Origin: Bacteroidota bacterium
GTDB taxonomy: Bacteria > Bacteroidota > Bacteroidia > Bacteroidales > FEN-979
DNA length: 64,000 bases
Assembly: GCA_037137455.1 (NCBI GenBank)
Contig: JBAXKG010000001.1
Location: forward strand, 64,418-128,417
Direction of reading: 5' to 3'
The stretch's first letter is position 1; every line of letters starts with the position of its first letter. A program made the translations under genes and the position numbers. The notes under the pieces are model-generated. The model worked only from the letters and a program-made list of their open reading frames with translations, searched no databases and was not told the origin of the DNA. This document shows, one piece after another, positions 60,713 through 64,000 of the stretch.

Positions 60713-63496
60713 TTACTTCAGCCTTATAATCTTTGCAGTTTCAACACGGTCGCCTATCATCAAACGGATGATGTATATTCCGGCTTGTTGGTTTTCGATT
60801 GAAAAATCCATTGTCCGGGTGGCCTTTACCTCCTTATTAATTACGATTTCTCCCCGAAGCCCGGTGATGAAAATAGTCATTGGCTCCTGATCGACCTCAG
60901 GGTTCAATTCCAGGGTAAACCTGCCATTTGTGGGATTGGGATAGACTTTGAACAACCCTGCCTGCGACTGCACGTTTGGAATTTCTTCATTGTTGATATT
61001 TTCCGCCTTTATACCCGGGGCGGGAGCCCCGGTGCAAAAGCTGCCAAATGGCGTAATATAAGCCCAAAGCCATCCGTCCGAATCAACCCTGGTACCCGGG
61101 AGCAGCAAAATCTTCTGTCCGGCAATGAAGGTGGCGCCCCCGCCTGGTTGTATAAGAAACGTGGTACCGTTTCCGGCCACGCTGACTACCTGAACGGCAT
61201 CATAGCATTTTATTTCGCCATCACCCAGAATTATATTGTTCACGTTGTTTCGTACCGGTATTACGTGAATTTCAAGGATGGGTGAAGCCTGACCTGTTCC
61301 GCAAAGATTGGAGCCTGAAACGCTTAAGTTTCCTGATAAGGCGGTTTCGGAAAATGTAACGGTAATACTGTTGCTATTTCCGCCTGCTGTGAGGGTTACC
61401 CCGGGAGGCAGGATCCAGTTATAAATAGAGGCATTAGAAATGGGATTCACCCAATAGGTAACACCTGCCTGGCCCTGAAACACGGCTTCGGGGCCGTTCA
61501 CGTCACCAGCCGGGGCAGGCATCGGACTGGGGTTCAATGTTGTACTTATAAACACAGGCCGTTCGGTAACTCTGAAAGTAACTTTATTATTTTGAATTTC
61601 GAGGATCGACTGACATCCTTCAGTGATGCCCGATTGAGGGCGAATCAACCGCGCCGCCGAGGAGGTTCCTATATCAAGGGTGAAATTTTCGATGATTTTA
61701 TTTGATGAACTGGTACACCAAACGGCGTAAACCGCTTTTTCAGCACATTTTGAAAAAAATTTGTAAACATTTACTGAATTATTCCCTGAAGCGATTTCGT
61801 TTTCAAAACAGAGTCCTTTCAGCTGATTTTTCATGGTAGAAACGTAAAACCATGATTTTTTGGGTTGATGACCGTTCCATATTTCATTTGTCAAGCCCGA
61901 ACTGTTGTATTTGTTAGGATTGGCGGCATTCGCATCGCGGAGCATGAATACAAAAGCCTTATCTATTCCTGCTGCAATTGCCTCCAGATACGATCGCATT
62001 ATCCACTGTCCCTGCACCTCGTAAATGTCATTAGTATCAATTTTAACCGCTGCCTGTTCGCTTTCAGGATTCGTATCATATCCAAATTCAGAGAGCCAGA
62101 TTTCTTTGCCGGGTAAAAAGGCATCGCGGTAGTCCACTATCACTTTCAACTTTTGTTTAAGGTTGTTGTCCTCAGGACTAATTCCATGGCTACCATTCCC
62201 TGAATAGTGATGAAAATTCAGAACATCGGCAGGGAAACCTGTTGACCGGTTAAAGTCACACCATAATTTCATGCATCTCAGGTACTCCAGATTTAAGCTT
62301 GCAAGTCCACCCATCACCATTTTTATTGATGAATCAGCAGCTTTCATTCCCTTTCCGGTTCCCAATGAATTTTCATGGCCATCATAATCAGCGCTGCACA
62401 TCGTTGAAAATTCATCGGGTGTAAAGTATCCCTTACGTGTGCACCACCATTTGTCAGGTTCATTCCAGTTTTCAAGATACCCGGCAAACCCGCTTCCGCT
62501 GATATTTGGCTGGTCGGGCCTGAGTTTCAATAAAGAGTGAGCTACCCCGGTCGAACCATACCTGGCTGCAAACTGAAACAAATAATCTGAATGCTCAATA
62601 AAGGATACAGGATCGAGGGGGTTTTCATTCTGACTAATCGGTTTATATTGCGTTTGAGAATCATCAAATCCATGGATGTAAGGAGCACATCCCTGAAGAT
62701 CAGGACTAACAATCAAACTGTCATTTTTTAGATGCCGATAAAAATCATCAAAATTGAAACTCCAGCCAGGTCCGCTTGCCCAGCTTGGATTCCATGCATA
62801 TTGATTGTGAGGAAAACCATGATAGGTCGTATCAAGATTTCCTTCATCCCAACCCCAGTCGTGATATTCGCGCACATTTCCGGCACAATTTAGTTTGTCA
62901 ACCGGATCATCAATGAAACCATTTACACCCATGAAATGATCAAAAAAAGGTTTAGGATGCTGAACAGGCAAGGGAGGTGGATTAGCTGTTCCAATTGGCC
63001 AACCGTAGACAACAATCTCGGCTACCCTGGTGGAGGGGCTGGCATATGAAAACATCAGGAATCTTGTTGTGTCCTGCAATGGGACTTCACGCCATGTATT
63101 GTAAGTATTTAAAAGCAAACCGGCTTTTTTTTCCCATAATGAAGGGTCGCCTGTATAAATAAAAATACTGTCAATGTCAGAGGCATCAAACAACCACAAT
63201 GACAATAGATTGTATGACTTTCCGAGGTCAACGACTATCATTGCAGGATAATATATATCAGCATTTATCCATCCGGGTGAAAATACGGTTAATGGTGTGC
63301 CTCCCTGGCCGGTTGAGGGATCATTAGCTAAATCCTGCTCATCCACGAGCAACCCTGGTTCACCTTTTGTTGAAAAGTTGTAGAGCATGCTGCTGGTCAG
63401 GTTTAATTTGGTTTGCCCGAAAATGTCAGCGGGGAAATAAATCAAAATGGCCAATAGTGAAATGATACAGAGGGTGGTGATTATTCTCTTAGACAT
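60713..63496 (-). CDS. Secreted clan GH-A glycosidase with an N-terminal discoidin-like CBM, Ig/PKD-like modules and a T9SS C-terminal sorting domain
   Basis: Signal peptide. Contains LENWNEPDKWW (NEP acid/base-type motif), IWLSEFGYD (nucleophile-type motif) and a C-terminal FKVYPNPTNGRFTLEL...AGIYIIRL sorting domain. Confidence 0.6.
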   Translation of the reverse strand: MSKRIITTLCIISLLAILIYFPADIFGQTKLNLTSSMLYNFSTKGEPGLLVDEQDLANDPSTGQGGTPLTVFSPGWINADIYYPAMIVVDLGKSYNLLSLWLFDASDIDSIFIYTGDPSLWEKKAGLLLNTYNTWREVPLQDTTRFLMFSYASPSTRVAEIVVYGWPIGTANPPPLPVQHPKPFFDHFMGVNGFIDDPVDKLNCAGNVREYHDWGWDEGNLDTTYHGFPHNQYAWNPSWASGPGWSFNFDDFYRHLKNDSLIVSPDLQGCAPYIHGFDDSQTQYKPISQNENPLDPVSFIEHSDYLFQFAARYGSTGVAHSLLKLRPDQPNISGSGFAGYLENWNEPDKWWCTRKGYFTPDEFSTMCSADYDGHENSLGTGKGMKAADSSIKMVMGGLASLNLEYLRCMKLWCDFNRSTGFPADVLNFHHYSGNGSHGISPEDNNLKQKLKVIVDYRDAFLPGKEIWLSEFGYDTNPESEQAAVKIDTNDIYEVQGQWIMRSYLEAIAAGIDKAFVFMLRDANAANPNKYNSSGLTNEIWNGHQPKKSWFYVSTMKNQLKGLCFENEIASGNNSVNVYKFFSKCAEKAVYAVWCTSSSNKIIENFTLDIGTSSAARLIRPQSGITEGCQSILEIQNNKVTFRVTERPVFISTTLNPSPMPAPAGDVNGPEAVFQGQAGVTYWVNPISNASIYNWILPPGVTLTAGGNSNSITVTFSETALSGNLSVSGSNLCGTGQASPILEIHVIPVRNNVNNIILGDGEIKCYDAVQVVSVAGNGTTFLIQPGGGATFIAGQKILLLPGTRVDSDGWLWAYITPFGSFCTGAPAPGIKAENINNEEIPNVQSQAGLFKVYPNPTNGRFTLELNPEVDQEPMTIFITGLRGEIVINKEVKATRTMDFSIENQQAGIYIIRLMIGDRVETAKIIRLK

Positions 63497-63528
63497 TAAT
63501 TTTTCATTGATGAATTATCTCCAACCAC

Positions 63529-63536
63529 AAATTTAA
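63529..63536 (-). promoter_or_regulatory. -7 promoter box (TAAATTTG) for the T9SS glycosidase gene
   Basis: Matches TAnnTTTG on the minus strand, 32 nt before the ATG at 63496. Confidence 0.4.
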
Positions 63537-63700
63537 GTATAAAATAGTAAATCAATCAACCCTTGGCAGGACCACGAAAATCAAGGATATTTATGTTCGA
63601 TATTACACATCAGAATCTTTCTCCTAGTGAGTCGCATCAACATGTCTGGAGTTAAATATTATTGATATACAAATAATTCTATTTTTTGAAATTTTTTATC

Positions 63701-64000
63701 ATGGAAAACAAGTATTCAAAGACCAAATTAGCATTTTTGGCATTGACACGGTTTATACCGGGTATATTACTTCTTTCATTTGTTCTTTTTATCTCAGCAG
63801 GATCCTTTGGATACTGGAATGCATGGTTTTTTATGGGAATACTTTCAATTCCATTGTTGATTATATTGATTTACTTAGTTACCTGTGATCCTGAGTTACT
63901 GGAAAAAAGACTCAACACCAGAGAAACAGAACAAACCCAAAAAAAGATGATCATCAAGACTTCCATAACTTTTTTATCTGTGTTAATTGTATCAGGCCTT
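63701..64000 (+). CDS. Membrane protein, N-terminal fragment; isoprenylcysteine carboxyl methyltransferase/PEMT-like family (3' end outside the window)
   Basis: The frame is open from the ATG at 63701 to the window edge (MENKYSKTKLAFLALTRFIPGILLL...GYWNAWFFMGIL...DPELLEKRL). The pattern resembles bacterial ICMT-family N-termini, by recall only. Confidence 0.4.
   Translation, partial: MENKYSKTKLAFLALTRFIPGILLLSFVLFISAGSFGYWNAWFFMGILSIPLLIILIYLVTCDPELLEKRLNTRETEQTQKKMIIKTSITFLSVLIVSGL

Noticed and set aside
60684-60722. An 8-bp inverted repeat (gctgaagt / acttcagc) between the convergent kinase and T9SS glycosidase genes as a bidirectional terminator
   Set aside because: It has a 23-nt loop, a short stem, no U-run on either strand, and one arm lies within the glycosidase coding end.
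1-64000. A window-wide look for defence, toxin-antitoxin, secretion-effector or prophage modules
   Set aside because: No nuclease/helicase/ATPase combinations, reverse transcriptases, methyltransferase-restriction pairs, small toxin-antitoxin pairs, integrases with att sites or phage structural genes were recognisable. The window is metabolic and housekeeping in character.

Overview
This window reads as a core chromosomal segment of a Bacteroidota genome. Supporting signs are two proteins with T9SS C-terminal sorting domains, a TonB-dependent receptor, an rpmG-DUF4295-ftsY-rimO string, and a correctly oriented TAnnTTTG -7 promoter box in most promoter-containing intergenic gaps. Leaders lack Shine-Dalgarno sequences. 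About 50 protein genes are tightly packed. I saw no rRNA, tRNA, CRISPR array, transposase, phage or recognisable defence genes. Gene content is housekeeping (clpS, rimO, ftsY, rpmG, xerD, ogt), galactose use (galM, galK, an SSS symporter) and many secreted or lipoprotein glycosidases: a GDE_C-like enzyme, two tandem GH63/MGH1-like paralogs, GH172/DUF2961, GH2 beta-mannosidase, GH92, GH31 and a clan GH-A T9SS enzyme. There is also a glycyl-radical enzyme with its activase, two FGE/SUMF1-domain proteins and several SDRs. The items most worth a second look are as follows. (1) A four-gene operon ends in a CarH-type AdoCbl photoreceptor module (Wx9EH and ExHxxG motifs present, no DNA-binding domain) that sits 5 nt upstream of a soluble histidine kinase. 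(2) An orphan, purine-rich structured RNA candidate of about 0.3 kb lies on the minus strand at 1145-1464, with its own -7 box, tetraloop-capped hairpins and a terminator. (3) A bacterial TMEM97/EBP (EXPERA)-like membrane protein is paired with an SDR, and a steroid-5-alpha-reductase-like protein is paired with an epimerase. (4) The glycyl-radical locus has an insert-less activase whose start overlaps the stop of a secreted M64 peptidase. (5) A family of degenerate 7-8-nt tandem micro-repeats fills 5' leaders and gene ends, and one copy sits inside an ORF. All product calls rest on motif recognition by eye. No database search was run.
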